Source: an uncultured Actinomycetes bacterium
Lineage (GTDB): Bacteria > Actinomycetota > Acidimicrobiia > IMCC26256 > DASPTH01
Length of the DNA stretch: 64,000 nucleotides
Direction: 5' to 3'
NCBI GenBank assembly: GCA_963782705.1
Contig: CAWAKX010000014.1
Span: forward strand, 10,201 to 74,200
The number at the start of each line of letters is the position of its first letter. Within the stretch, counting starts at the first letter, position 1. The notes beneath the pieces were generated by a model that ran no database searches, was not told the DNA's origin, and saw nothing but the letters and a program-made list of their open reading frames with translations. The translations under genes were made by a program, and so were the position numbers. Below are positions 32,545-43,056 of the stretch, in pieces.

Positions 32545-34202
32545 ATGGCGGGTGTGATCGACGGGACCACGACCGATCTCGTGGTCGTGGGCAGTGGCGC
32601 CGCCGGGCTGTCCGGCGCGCTGGTGGCCGCCATCGGCGGCGCCCGGGTCACCGTGCTCGAGAAGACCGACCTGGTCGGTGGCACCACCGCGATCTCCGGC
32701 GGCGGGGCCTGGGTGCCCTGCAACCCGGTGATGGCCGAGGTCGGGCTCGAGGACACCCGCGACGCCGCGCTCACGTACCTACGCGAGTGCACCGGCGAGG
32801 CGGGCGAGCAGGACATGCTCGAGGCCATGGTCGACGCCGGCCCGGAGATGGTGGGGCTGCTGATGGAGGCCGGCATCCCCTTCCAGGCCTGGCCGGCCGA
32901 GGGCGGCGCGATCGACTACCGGGGCTGGCTGCCCGGCGGGATGCGCGGGGGCCGCACGATCGAGGCGATGGGCATCTCGGTGTCCGAGCTCGGCGAGTGG
33001 TCCGACAAGCTGCGCAAGGGGCCCGACCTCCGCAGCTCCGGGAACATGCTCGAGTACTACCGCCAGAGCATGCACCTGACCCGTCCCGATTCCGAGCTCG
33101 CGGCGACGATGGCGACCCCCGACCCGCCGGAGGTCGACGTCTACTGGCGCGGCACCGCGCTGATCGCCCGTCTGTTGAAGGCGTGCCTCGAACGGGGCGT
33201 CGTGGTGCACGTGGAGTCGCCCGCGGTCGAGCTGATCATGGACGGCGGCGCGGTCGCCGGCGTGCGCGCGCAGCACGGTGGCGAAGTCGTCGAGTTCCGG
33301 GCCCCGCACGTGCTGATGGCCACCGGCGGCTACGCGCACAGCGAGGAGCTCAAGCGCATCTGGCTCCAGCGGCCGCTCCTGTACACGTGCGAGAACGAAG
33401 CCAACGAAGGCGACGGCCACCGCATGGGCGCCGCGGTCGGCGCGCAGATGGCCGGCATGGGCGACGCGTGGTGGATGCCGCACACGCCGATGCTCGGCCC
33501 CGACGGTGTGGCCAACGCGGCCGGCACCCGCGAGGACCGCTCGCTCCCGCACACGATGATGGTGAACCCCGCGGGCAAGCGGTTCATGAACGAGTCGGTG
33601 AACTACTACGACGCCGGCGAGTCCTTCGGCGACGTGACCGGCGCGGCGCCGCGCAACTGGCCCGCCTGGTTGATCTTCGACACCCAGGGCAAGGACCGCT
33701 ACGCGATCCTCAACTGGAAGGTGCCGCCGCCCGAGTACCGGCCCGAGTGGGTGCACGAGGCCGACACCGTCGACGGGCTCGCGGCGTCGATCGGCGTCGA
33801 CCCCGCCACGTTGGTGGCCACCGTCGAGCGCTTCAACGGGTTCGCCCGCAGCGGTGTCGACGAGGACTTCCACCGGGGCGAGAACGCGTGGGACCACGCC
33901 TGGGGCGACCCCGAGCACGGCCCCAACGTCGCGCTCGGCACCCTCGAGGTGGGCCCGTTCTACGCGGTGCCGATGTACCCGGGTGCGATCTCCACGCGTG
34001 GCGGGTTGCGCATCGACGCCACCGGCAAGGTGCTCTCGGTGCTCACCGGAGATCCCATCCCCGGTTCTACGCCTCGGGCAACTGCTCGAACGGCGCCGCG
34101 CCCGGCTGCTACGCGGGGCCCGGCGCGACCATCGGTCCGGCGATGACCTTCGGGTACCTCATCGGTCGGCAGGTCGCCGACGCGGTGCGGGCCGGCGACT
34201 GA
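32545..34202 (+). pseudogene. FAD-dependent oxidoreductase, 3-ketosteroid-1-dehydrogenase (KstD)/fumarate-reductase-flavoprotein-like, one frame change
   Basis: The first segment is DLVVVGSGAAGLSGALVAAIGGARVTVLEKTDLVGGTTAISGGGAW. After a junction near 34065 comes the conserved C-terminus FYASGNCSNGAAPGCYAGPGATIGPAMTFGYLIGRQ. Confidence 0.8.
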
Positions 34203-34224
34203 GCTTGAGCGTCACGGAGGACAG

Positions 34225-35030
34225 GTGATGGTGGAGACCGTGGTGATCGGTGCCGGGTCGGGCATGGGGGCGGCGGTGGCCCGCCGGCTCGCGGCCCGGG
34301 GCTCGTTGCTGGTCGTGGACCGCGACCTCGCGAGTGTGCAGTCGCTCGCGACCGAGCTCGGTGGCGACGTCGAGGCGCGGGAGTGCGACGTGACGCGCCC
34401 CGAGGAGCTCACGGCGCTCGTTGCGGGCCTCGACCAGCGTGCGATCGCTGGTGATCACCGCGGGTATCTCCGCCGCGTCGCTGGCCCCCGGACAGCGAGA
34501 TCCTCGAGGTCAACCTGGTCGGCACGGCCCGGACCCTCGTCGCGTTCGACCGGTGCGTCGGCCCGGGGACGGCGGCGGTGTGCTTCGCGTCTGCCGCCGC
34601 GTACATGGTGGCCGACACGCCGCCGGTGGCACCCGCGCTCGACGACCCGCTCGCCGACGGCTTCTTCGAGCGCCTCGCCGCGGCCGGTGCCGACCTCGAC
34701 GACGGGCTCACCTGCTACTCGTACTCCAAGCTCGGGGTCATCCGCCTGGTCCGTCGCACCGCGCTGTCGTGGGGGCCACGCGGCGGACGGATCCTGTCGC
34801 TCTCCCCGGGTGTGGTCGAGACGCCGATGTCGCGCCAGGAAGCCGAACGCAACGAGATGATGTACGACGTGGTGAAGGCCACGCCGAGCGGCCGGTGGGG
34901 TCGGCCCGAGGAGGTCACGGCGGCGGTCGACTTCCTCACGTCCGATGCCGCGTCGTTCATGACCGGGAGCGACGTGGTCGTCGACGGCGGGATGGTCGCC
35001 ATGGCCCGCCAGGCACCGCCGCCCTCGTAG
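34225..35030 (+). pseudogene. SDR, paralogue of 22726-23536, two frame changes
   Basis: The segments in order are MMVETVVIGAGSGMGAAVARRL, RSLVITAGISAASLAPGQR and ILEVNLVGTARTLVAF...CFASAAAYMV...YSYSKLGVIRL...VVVDGGMV. The junctions are near 34430 and 34495. Confidence 0.7.
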
Positions 35031-35135
35031 CGCCGGCCTCGGCGCGCCGGCCTCGTACCGCCCGGGCGGCGGGCGCACCCTCCGCCGGGTTCTGTAGTGT
35101 CGCCCTACCGGAACGGCACCGAACTGGGGGAACCC

Positions 35136-36036
35136 ATGCCTGCGCTCGACATCGACCCGGAGATCCTTCGCGTCACCGCCGCCGCGTCAGCCCACGCGTA
35201 CGCGCAGACGGTGTGGCACATCCAGGAGGAGATCAACGCCGTCGAGGGCGACATGGTGCCGCTGTACGCGACCCTCACCGAGGAGGGGCCGTACGCCTAC
35301 ATGGTGATGCCCGAGCTCTGCGCCCGACGGCACGGTGAAGCTGCCGAGGATCACGACCCGCGACGAGATCGTCGAGTGCTACGAGATGATCCGCGGCATG
35401 AGCGATCTGCTCGAGGTCATCGGGCTCACCGAGATCCGGGGTGCGTGGTACACGTTCCAGGACAACATCTCCAAGGCGTGCATGAAGGGCGACACCGCCA
35501 ACGTGCACATGATGCAGACGCTCGGCATGTTCCCGTCGGGCGGTGGCTCGGGCATCACCGGCGAGCTGGTGTGGATCAAGTACCCGGTCGAGTCGCTCGG
35601 GGGACCCGACGAGCCGAACACGATCCCGGAAGACCCGCTGCTCGCTCGCGCGCGCGTGTACGACAACTTCGTTGCGTACCAGGAAGGAATGCGCGCCAAC
35701 GACGTCGACGCGGTCATGGCCGTCCTCCACGACGGCATCTCGTCGACGGTCCGCGACTACGTCGTTGACGACGGCACCATCACGGATCACGAAGGTGCCG
35801 CGGTGCACCGTGCGTACTACGAGGCGTTCTTCGCCAAGTACGAGGTCGAGTCGGTCGACCTGCTCCACCAGGTGATCGAAGACTGGTACGTGTTCGCCGA
35901 GCTTCGGATCACGGCGCCGTCGGGCGGCGCCGACGACGGGACGCTCGCGTTCCACACCGCCGAGTTCTGGATGCCGGCCAAGACGGGCAAGTTCATCGCT
36001 CGGGTCGGTCACGGCACCGAGCCCGCCGCTCAGTAG
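35136..36036 (+). pseudogene. NTF2/SnoaL-like domain protein of unknown function, one frame change
   Basis: The first segment is MPALDIDPEILRVTAAASAHAYAQTVWHIQEEINAVEGDMVPLYATL. After a junction near 35320 comes VKLPRITTRDEIVECYEMIRG...VMAVLHDGISSTVRDYV...EDWYVFAELRI. Confidence 0.6.
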
Positions 36037-36057
36037 CGCCGCTCTTCCACGCCGGGG

Positions 36058-36854
36058 TCAGGCGAGGTCGTGCGCGGGGGCGAACTCGGGCGCGCACACC
36101 AGCGCGCCGTTCATCGCCGTCGCCTCGGGTGCGGTGGCCAGCCACACGATGGTGCGGGCCGCGGCACTCGGGCGGGGTGAAGTCGTCGGCGTCGAGGTTG
36201 CCGTCGCCGATCGCCACCGCGAGCTGCTCGGTGAGCACGGTGCCCGGCTGCACGCTGAACGAGCGGATGCCGCGGTCGCCGTACTGCGACGCGAGCATCG
36301 CCGCGATCTCGATCATCCCGGTCTTGCTGGTGCCGTAGCCGAAGCCCCAGCTCGCGCGGTCCGGGCGCGACGTCGAGCTCGTGCACGCCGGCACCCGACA
36401 CCATGTTGAGCACGCTCCCGCCGCCGTGTTCGAGCATGCCGGGGAGCACGAGCTTGGCGAGGAACATCGGCGCGACCAGGTTCACGCGGATCTGCTTGTC
36501 GAGGTGCTCGATGCTCATGTCGACGAGCGAGTCCTGGCTCTCGCGGGTCTGGTAGAACGCGTTGTTCACCAGCACGTCGATGCGGCCCCACTGGTCGTCC
36601 ACCGCGTCGACGGCCTCGGTGACCGACGCGCGGTCGTCGAGGTCCATGCGGATCGGCAGCGCCTCGCCGCCGACCGCGGCGATCGCGTCGGCCGTCACCT
36701 GGAGGTTGCCCGGCAGCTTGCGCTCGTCGTCGGCGTCGAAGGTGCGGGCGGTGACCGCGACCCGGAACCCCGCGCGCGCGAACTCGACCGCGCAGGCCTT
36801 GCCGAGCCCGCGGCTCGCGCCGGTGACGAAGGCGACCTTCTGCTGCTCGCTCAT
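36058..36854 (-). pseudogene. SDR, two frame changes
   Basis: The segments in order are MSEQQKVAFVTGASRGLGKACA...VLVNNAF, YGTSKTGMIEIAAMLASQYGDRGIRSFSVQPG and AAARTIVWLATAPEATAMNGALV...HDLA. The stop is at 36058-36060. The junctions are near 36385 and 36165. Confidence 0.75.
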
Positions 36855-36864
36855 CGCGGGGAAT

Positions 36865-38301
36865 CTATTGGTCCGCCGCACCGGCGCGCCGCTCCTGGGC
36901 GACGGCCACGAGGCGGGCCCGCGCCACCTGCCCGGTGGCGCCGGTGCGCGGGATCTCCGCCACCAGCTCGAGCCGGCGGGGGAGCTTCTGGCGGGCCAGC
37001 GTCGTCGCCAGCTGCGTCCTGCAGCCCGGCGAGGGTGACGGTGGCGCCCGGCGCGTCCACCACGAACGCGGTGACCACCTCGCCCCAGTCGTCGTCGGGC
37101 ACGCCGGCGACGGCGGCGTCGAGCACGCCCGCACAGCCGAGCAGCGCGGCCTCGACCTCCACCGGGGCGATCGACTCGCCCCCGCTGCGGATCAGCTCCT
37201 GGGTGCGGCCCACCACGAAGTGGAAGCCGTCGTCGTCGCGCTCGACCAGGTCGCCGGTGCGGTACCAGCCGTCGACCAGCGCGGCCGCGGTGGCCTCGGG
37301 GTCGTCGAGGTAGCCGCTGAACAGCAGCGGGCTGCGTACCCACAGCTCGCCGGTGTCGTCGCGGCGCAGGAACGACCCCACGACCGGGCGGCCCACCGAG
37401 AACGGGCGGGCGAAGAGCTCCTGGTCGTCGAGCACGCAGCACCCGGTGCGCCTCGGTGGAGCCGTAGACCACCGAGGTCGTGGTCGCCGGGAAGGCGTCC
37501 TTGATGCCGGCCAGCAGCTCGGGGCTGGTGGCCGAGGTGCCGGTGTCGGCACCGCGCAGCGACGACAGGTCGAAGCCGGCTGCGGTCGGCGTCGAGCATC
37601 CGGCGCCACACCGCGGGGATGCGGTAGGTGGAGTGGGCCCGGTGGCGGTCGATCGGCGTCGAGGAGCTGGTCCGGCTCGGGGCGGTCGACCCACACGACG
37701 CGATCGCCCCGGTTCCAGCCTCGAGATGGCTCACCCACCCGGCCATGTGGAACTGGGGGAACATCGACACGTGCGGCCCCGTGCGGCACGTGCGTCGAAG
37801 CCGCCGCGCAGCCGCTCGGCGCGGTGCGACAGCACCGCCCCCTTCGGTCGACCGGTGGTGCCGCTGGTGAAGAAGATCGACGAATGGAGTCGTCCTCGTG
37901 CACGGTCGGGAGCTCGTCGTCGCGGCAGGGTCGCGGACGGGCAGCGCGTCGTAGCGCACGCGTGCCGTCGCGGCCGTCGAGGCTCAGCACGATCGCGGGA
38001 CGGCGCGATCTCGACGAGCACCGCGAGCTCGGCCGCGGTCGACGCGGGGTTGAACGGGCTGAAGATCGCGCCGATGAACGCGCACGCCGCGTGCAGCACC
38101 ACCGCTTCGAGCGAGTTGCGGGCGCACCAAGCCGACCCGGTCGCCGCGCCGCGACCCCGCGGCGAGCAGCCGGGCCGCGCACTGCTCGGGCTTCGGACTC
38201 CAGCTCGGCGAAGGTCAGCGAGTCGTCGCCGAGCGACGCCGCCACCCGGTGGGGTGACGCGCGGCCGCGCTGCGGAGGACGTCGCCGACCAGGAGCTGCA
38301 C
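36865..38301 (-). pseudogene. AMP-dependent acyl-CoA ligase, at least about 10 frame changes
   Basis: The gene starts with a GTG (complement of 38299-38301), reading VQLLVGDVLRSAA. Following segments are SLGDDSLTFAELESEARAV, ARLLAAG.RRGDRVGLV and NSLEAVVLHAACAFIGAIFSPFNP. Then come IFFTSGTTGRPKGAVLSH, MFPQFHMAGW and a long stretch, FSVGRPVVG...GWYRTGDLVERDDDGFHFVVGRTQELIRSGGESIAPVEVE. The end is LARQKLPRRLELVAEIPRTGATGQV. Confidence 0.7.
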
Positions 38302-38314
38302 GGTGCGCCGCGGC

Positions 38315-39139
38315 TCAGGCCGGGGCGCCGAGGTCCTTGAGCACGCCGACCTCGTGGACCTGGGCGAGGTTGTCGGCCAGGTACTCGCGGCGCGTCCTCG
38401 GTGTCGACGAACCACCCGGTCGGGCACATGGTGAGGATCTCGACGAAGGAGAACCCGATGCCCTGCGCCTGGACCTCGAACGCGCGGTGCAGGATGCGCC
38501 GCAGGCGGGCCACCTCGCCCGCCGGTTGGTGACCGCGCCGCGGGCCACGTAGGCGGTGCCGTCGATGCCGGCGAGGATCTGGCGCGAGCTTGATCGGGTT
38601 GCCGTGGTCGGCGACGTTGCGGCCGTCGAGCGTGGTCTTCGTGCGTTGACCGATGACGGTGGTGGCGGTCATCTGGCCGCCGGTCTCGCCGAACACGCCG
38701 TTGTTGAGCATGATGCACGTGATCCGACTCGCCCCGCGCCGCGGTGTGGATGACCTCCTGCAGGCCCTCGTTCACCATGTCGCCGTCGCCCTGCACGGTG
38801 AACACGATGCTGTCGGGGAGCATGCGCTTGACGCCGGTGGCCAACGACGGCGCGCGGCCGTGCAGCGCCTGGAGCGTCTCGACGTCGAGCGACGGCGAGA
38901 ACGTGGTGTAGCAGCCGATGCCGAACACCGCGATCGCGCCGCGACGTGAGGCCGAGCTCGTCGATCATCTCGACCGCCGATCGGATCGCGGCGGGCTCGC
39001 CGCAACCCGGGCAGAGCTCGTGCTCGCCCGAGAGGATCAGCGGCGGCGTGAAGTCGTCGAGCATGCGGCCCGGCCGCTCGGGCGGCGCGGCCGACGCCAC
39101 GACGGGGATGGTGATGCGAGGGTCCGGGGACTCGCTCAT
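38315..39139 (-). pseudogene. 2-oxoacid:ferredoxin oxidoreductase beta (TPP-binding) subunit, about 5 frame changes
   Basis: The segments in order are MSESPDPRITIP...EHELCPGCGEP, FGIGCYTTFSPSLDVETLQALHGRAPSLATGVKRMLPDSIVFTVQGDGDM and MLNNGVFGETGGQMTATT. These are followed by GFSFVEILTMCPTGW and the end, EYLADNLAQVHEVGVLKDLGAPA. Confidence 0.75.
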
Positions 39140-40240
39140 CGGATGCCTTCCTTTCGGCCGGGTTCGGGTCCATCGCGCCACGGATCCGTTCCTCGACCTT
39201 GCGGACCCGCAGCTCGGGGGCGATGCCGAAGCCGGCGGGGTCGAAGCTGATGCCGCCGATGAACTCGACGGGCACGCCGGGCGCCGCGAGGCGCACGTCG
39301 TCGATCATCTGGCCCGCGTTGAGCTCGTACACCGACGCCGACCCGCGGCCGCCTCCGGCGCTCGGGCGACGACCTCGCTCGGGAACGGCCAGAGCGTGAT
39401 GGGCCGCACGAAACCGACGGGCAGGCCCTCGTCGCGGAGTTGGCCGACCGCGTAGCGCACGAAGCGGGCGGGCGTGCCGTAGGCCACGACGACGTGCTCG
39501 GCGCCGTCGAGGAACGCGGTCTCGACCCGCGGCTCGACCCCCGCGGCGAGCGCCTCGATGCGCCCCTCGATGGCCTCGAGCCACTCGCCCGTAGGGCATC
39601 GGAGGTCCGTGTCGCCGCGCTTGGTGGGGAACACGTTCGACACGATGCGGGCGTGCCCGGTGCCGGTGGTCGCGCCGCTGATCGCCCACTCCTTCTCGCG
39701 GGAGCGGCACCGAAGTCGAGCGGCGTGATCTCGACCGCCTCGCGGACGTGCGCGAGGTAGTAGTCGCCGAGCAGCACCACCGGGATGCGCCACTCGTCGG
39801 CGAGGTGGAACGCGAGCTGCACCAGCTCGACCGCCTCGGGCACGCTGCTCGGCGCGAGCACGATGTGGTGGTAGTCGCCGTGCCCGCCGCCGCGGGTCGA
39901 CTGGTAGTAGTCGCCCTGACCGCGCGCCATGTTGAGCACCACGAGCGGCACGCGGGCGAAGCAGAGCTCGGCGAGCGATTCCTGCATCAACGACAGGCCC
40001 TGCCCCACCGATCCGGTGGCGGCGCGCGCGCCGGTGGATGCGGCCCCCCATGTCATGCCGATGGCCTCGAGCTCGCTCTCGGCGTTGATGCACACGCCGC
40101 CCGCCTCGGGCAGCAATGCGGCCATGTGCTCGAGCACCTCGGTGAACGGCGTCATCGGGTAGCCCGCGAAGAAGCGGCACCCGGCGGCGACCATCGCCGC
40201 GGGCGATGGCCTCCGATCCCTCCATCAGCTCACGGGGCAT
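39136..40240 (-). pseudogene. 2-oxoacid:ferredoxin oxidoreductase alpha subunit, about 4 frame changes
   Basis: The segments in order are MPRELMEGSEAIAR, MVAAGCRFFAGYPMTPFTEVLEHMA...DYYLAHVREAVEI and EKEWAISGATTGTGHARIV...VVAYGTPARFVRYAVGQLRDEGLPVGFVRPITLWPFP. The final segment is SVYELNAGQMIDDV. The stop overlaps the beta-subunit ATG (ATGA). Confidence 0.75.
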
Positions 40241-40532
40241 CACGCCACCTCCGGGGTCGCGACCGTGGTGTCGCCGTCGGACCAGGTGACCTCGACCGGT
40301 TCGTCGTACTTCCACACCTGGAACACGAAGTCGGGGCAGATCTGCGCACACGCGCGGCACGCGGTGCAGCCCGGCAGCAGCTCCGGGTAGCGGAAACCGC
40401 GCGGTGTTGAACGTGGTGGTCGTCATGCGCAGCACCCCGGGTCGGCACGCGTCGATGCAGAGGTCGCAGCCCTTGCAGGCCTCGACGTCGATCACCACGG
40501 TGCCGCGCACGAGGGCGGTGTGTTCGGTCATC
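40240..40532 (-). pseudogene. 2x[4Fe-4S] ferredoxin (delta-type subunit/domain), one frame change
   Basis: The first segment is MTEHTALVRGTVVIDVEACKGCDLCIDACRPG. After a junction near 40385 comes RYPELLPGCTACRACAQICPDFVFQVWKYDE...TPEVA. Both Cys clusters (CxxCxxCxxxC) are present. Confidence 0.7.
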
Positions 40533-41111
40533 GGGCGCTCGCTCGTCTCGGTCCAGGCCGGCACCAGAGGCTCGGCGACCAGCTCCCAGCCCACGGTGAG
40601 GGCGCGGGCGTTCTTCTCCGCGTGTTGCGCGCGGTAGCTCGGCAGCACCTGGTGCGCGGCGCCGACGAGGGATTCCAGGGTGACGATGCGGGTGGCCGCG
40701 GCGAACGCGCCGAGCGCGACCATCGCGCCCGACTGGGCGAAACCGGCATCGGCCGCGAGCTCGGTGGCCGGAACGGGAGCACCGTGCAGTCGGGCGCGCC
40801 GACGTCGCCCCGGAACACCGAGCTGTCCACCACCACGATGCCGCCGGGACGGCAGACGGTCCCGTTCGTCGGGCCAGAAGTCGTGGTGCATGGCGAGCGC
40901 GGCCCAGGCGTCGTCGACCTCGGGTGGGGTCTGGAGCGGTTCGTCACCGACGACCACCGTCGCCGCGGTGTAGCCGCCGCGCATCGTGCCGCCGTAGCTG
41001 CCGAACACCATGACCTCGAGCGAGATCGCGGTGGCGGCCACGCCCAGTGTGGTGGCCGCCAACTGCACGCCCTGGCCCTCCGATGCCGGTCAGGAGCACT
41101 TCTCGTTCCAT
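40533..41111 (-). pseudogene. 2-oxoacid:ferredoxin oxidoreductase gamma subunit/domain, about 3 frame changes; no stop before the ferredoxin Met in its final frame
   Basis: The segments in order are MEREVLLTGIGG, QGVQLAATTLGVAATAISLEVMVFGSYGGTMRGG, PGGIVVVDSSVF and ELAADAGFAQSGAMVALGAFAAAT...TVGWELVAEP. Confidence 0.65.
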
Positions 41112-41162
41112 GACTGCCGTCCCCCGGGGGTCAGGCGCCGGCGCCGGGGCGCCAGTGCTCGG

Positions 41163-41960
41163 TCAGTGGCTGGTGGACGTCTTGCCTCCGTCGACGGGGA
41201 TGAGCACGCCGGTGATGTAGTGCCCCTCGGGGCCCACGAGGAAGCGCACCATGCGGGCGATGTCCCACGTGTCACCCTCTCGGCGCAGCGGCACCCGCGC
41301 GCCCAGGTCGATGGTGGCCGGGTCGATCCCACCCTCGACCATCACGCCCGTCCGCATGGGGGTGTCGATGATGCCGGGTGCGACGCAGTTGACGCGGATG
41401 CCCTGGGGTCCGTAGGCGTCGACCACGTCGGTCATGATCCCGACCAGGGCCGACTTCGACGCCGCGTAGGCCGTGCAGCCCTTGCCGCCCTGACCGCGCA
41501 TTGCGGCGATCGACGTGATGTTCACAATTGCGCCGCCGCCCACCTTGACCATCTCCGGGATGGCGGCCTGCATGAGGAAGAACGGCGCGGTCTGGTTGAT
41601 CGCCACGACCGTCGCGTACTGCTCCGGCGTGGTGTCGAGCAGGCTGAACCCCGAGGTGATCGCGGCGTTGTTCACGAGCACGTCGACCTGCGCGAAGGCG
41701 GCCACTGCCTGCTCGACCACTGCGGCGCAGGCGGGGATCTCGGCGAGGTCGGCGGTGACCACCACGGCGGTGCCGCCCTCGGCCTCGATCAGCGCGAGGG
41801 TCTCCTCGGCGCGCTCCGCGAACTTGTCGACGAGCACCACGTGGGCGCCTTCGCGGGCGAGCGTGAGGGAGATCGCCTTGCCGGTGCCGACGCCGGGTCC
41901 GCTCGACCCCGCGCCGGTGACGATGGCGACCTTGCCTTCGAGGCTGTCGGTGGGTTGCAT
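41163..41960 (-). CDS. SDR (tandem copy A)
   Basis: The protein contains LEGKVAIVTGAGSSGPGVGTGKAISL, NNAAI and YAASKSAL, and ends ...VDGGKTSTSH. The reading frame is intact. Confidence 0.85.
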   Translation of the reverse strand: MQPTDSLEGKVAIVTGAGSSGPGVGTGKAISLTLAREGAHVVLVDKFAERAEETLALIEAEGGTAVVVTADLAEIPACAAVVEQAVAAFAQVDVLVNNAAITSGFSLLDTTPEQYATVVAINQTAPFFLMQAAIPEMVKVGGGAIVNITSIAAMRGQGGKGCTAYAASKSALVGIMTDVVDAYGPQGIRVNCVAPGIIDTPMRTGVMVEGGIDPATIDLGARVPLRREGDTWDIARMVRFLVGPEGHYITGVLIPVDGGKTSTSH

Positions 41961-42014
41961 GCTTCTCGTTCCTCGCTTCTCTTCGTTCGGGGGTCAGTCG
42001 GGATCAGGGGGGGG

Positions 42015-42813
42015 TCAGTGGCTGGTGGTGGTCTTGCCGCCGTCGACGGGGATGAGCAGGCCGCTCAGGTAGTTGCCCGCCGGGCCCACGAGGAACCGCA
42101 CGGTCTCCGCGACGTCCCACGCGGTGCCTTCCCGCCCGAGGGGGACCATGGCGCCGAAGTCGACCTGGCCGGGCTTCAGACCGCCCATGGCCAGGGCCTG
42201 GGCCCGCATGGGCGTGTCGACGATGCCCGGCGCGACGCAGTTCACCCGGATGTTCTGCTTGCCGAAGGCGTCGACCAGATCGGTCATCAAGCCCACCAGC
42301 GCGGCCTTGGAGGTGGCGTACGCGGCCTGACCGCTTCCGCCGGTGCCGCGCATCGCGGCGATCGACGTGATGTTGACGATCGCGCCGCCGCCCACCTTGA
42401 CCATCTCGGGAATCGCGGCCCGGCAGAGCATGAACGGTGCGGTCTGGTTGATCGCCACGATCCGCTCGTACAGCTCGTCGGACGTGTCGAGCAGGTTGGT
42501 GGTGGACGCGATCGCCGCGTTGTTCACCAGCACGTCGACCCGTCCCCAGTGCCGCGACCGTCCGGTCGACGACCGCCTGGCAGGCCGGGATCTCGACCAG
42601 GTCGGCCTCGATGACCACCGCATCGCCGCCCTCGCCCTCGATCAGCGCCAGCGTCTCCGCCGCGCGCTCGGGGAACTTGTCGACCAGGGCGACCTTCGCG
42701 CCGGACCGGGCGAGCAGGACCGAGATGGCCTTGCCCGTGCCCACCCCGGGGCCGCTCGACCCCGCTCCGGTGACGATGGCGACCTTGCCTTCGAGACTCT
42801 CGAACGGTTCCAC
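42015..42813 (-). pseudogene. SDR (tandem copy B), one frame change
   Basis: The GTG (complement of 42811-42813) follows a GAGGAG ribosome-binding site. The first segment is LEGKVAIVTGAGSSGPGVGTGKAISV...ACQAVVDRTVAA. After a junction near 42555 comes GRVDVLVNNAAI...YATSKAAL...VDGGKTTTSH. Confidence 0.8.
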
Positions 42814-43056
42814 CCGCAGACTCCTCTCGTCACGGCGCCCCCGGGTGCGCGGCCGGCGTGCATCCTGGCACCTTTGCGGCCCCGACGCCGCCTCGCCGCG
42901 GTCCGATCCGCCTCCCCCGTGCCGGGTCGCGGTTGGACGGCGCCGCCCACACCGGGCCGGTTCCGTCCGCCTGTGGAAGGTGCGTCGTTCAGTCAACCGT
43001 CTTAGGGTGCGCACGGGAACGCCGGGAGGGCATCGTCCATCGAACGAGGGGGAAGC

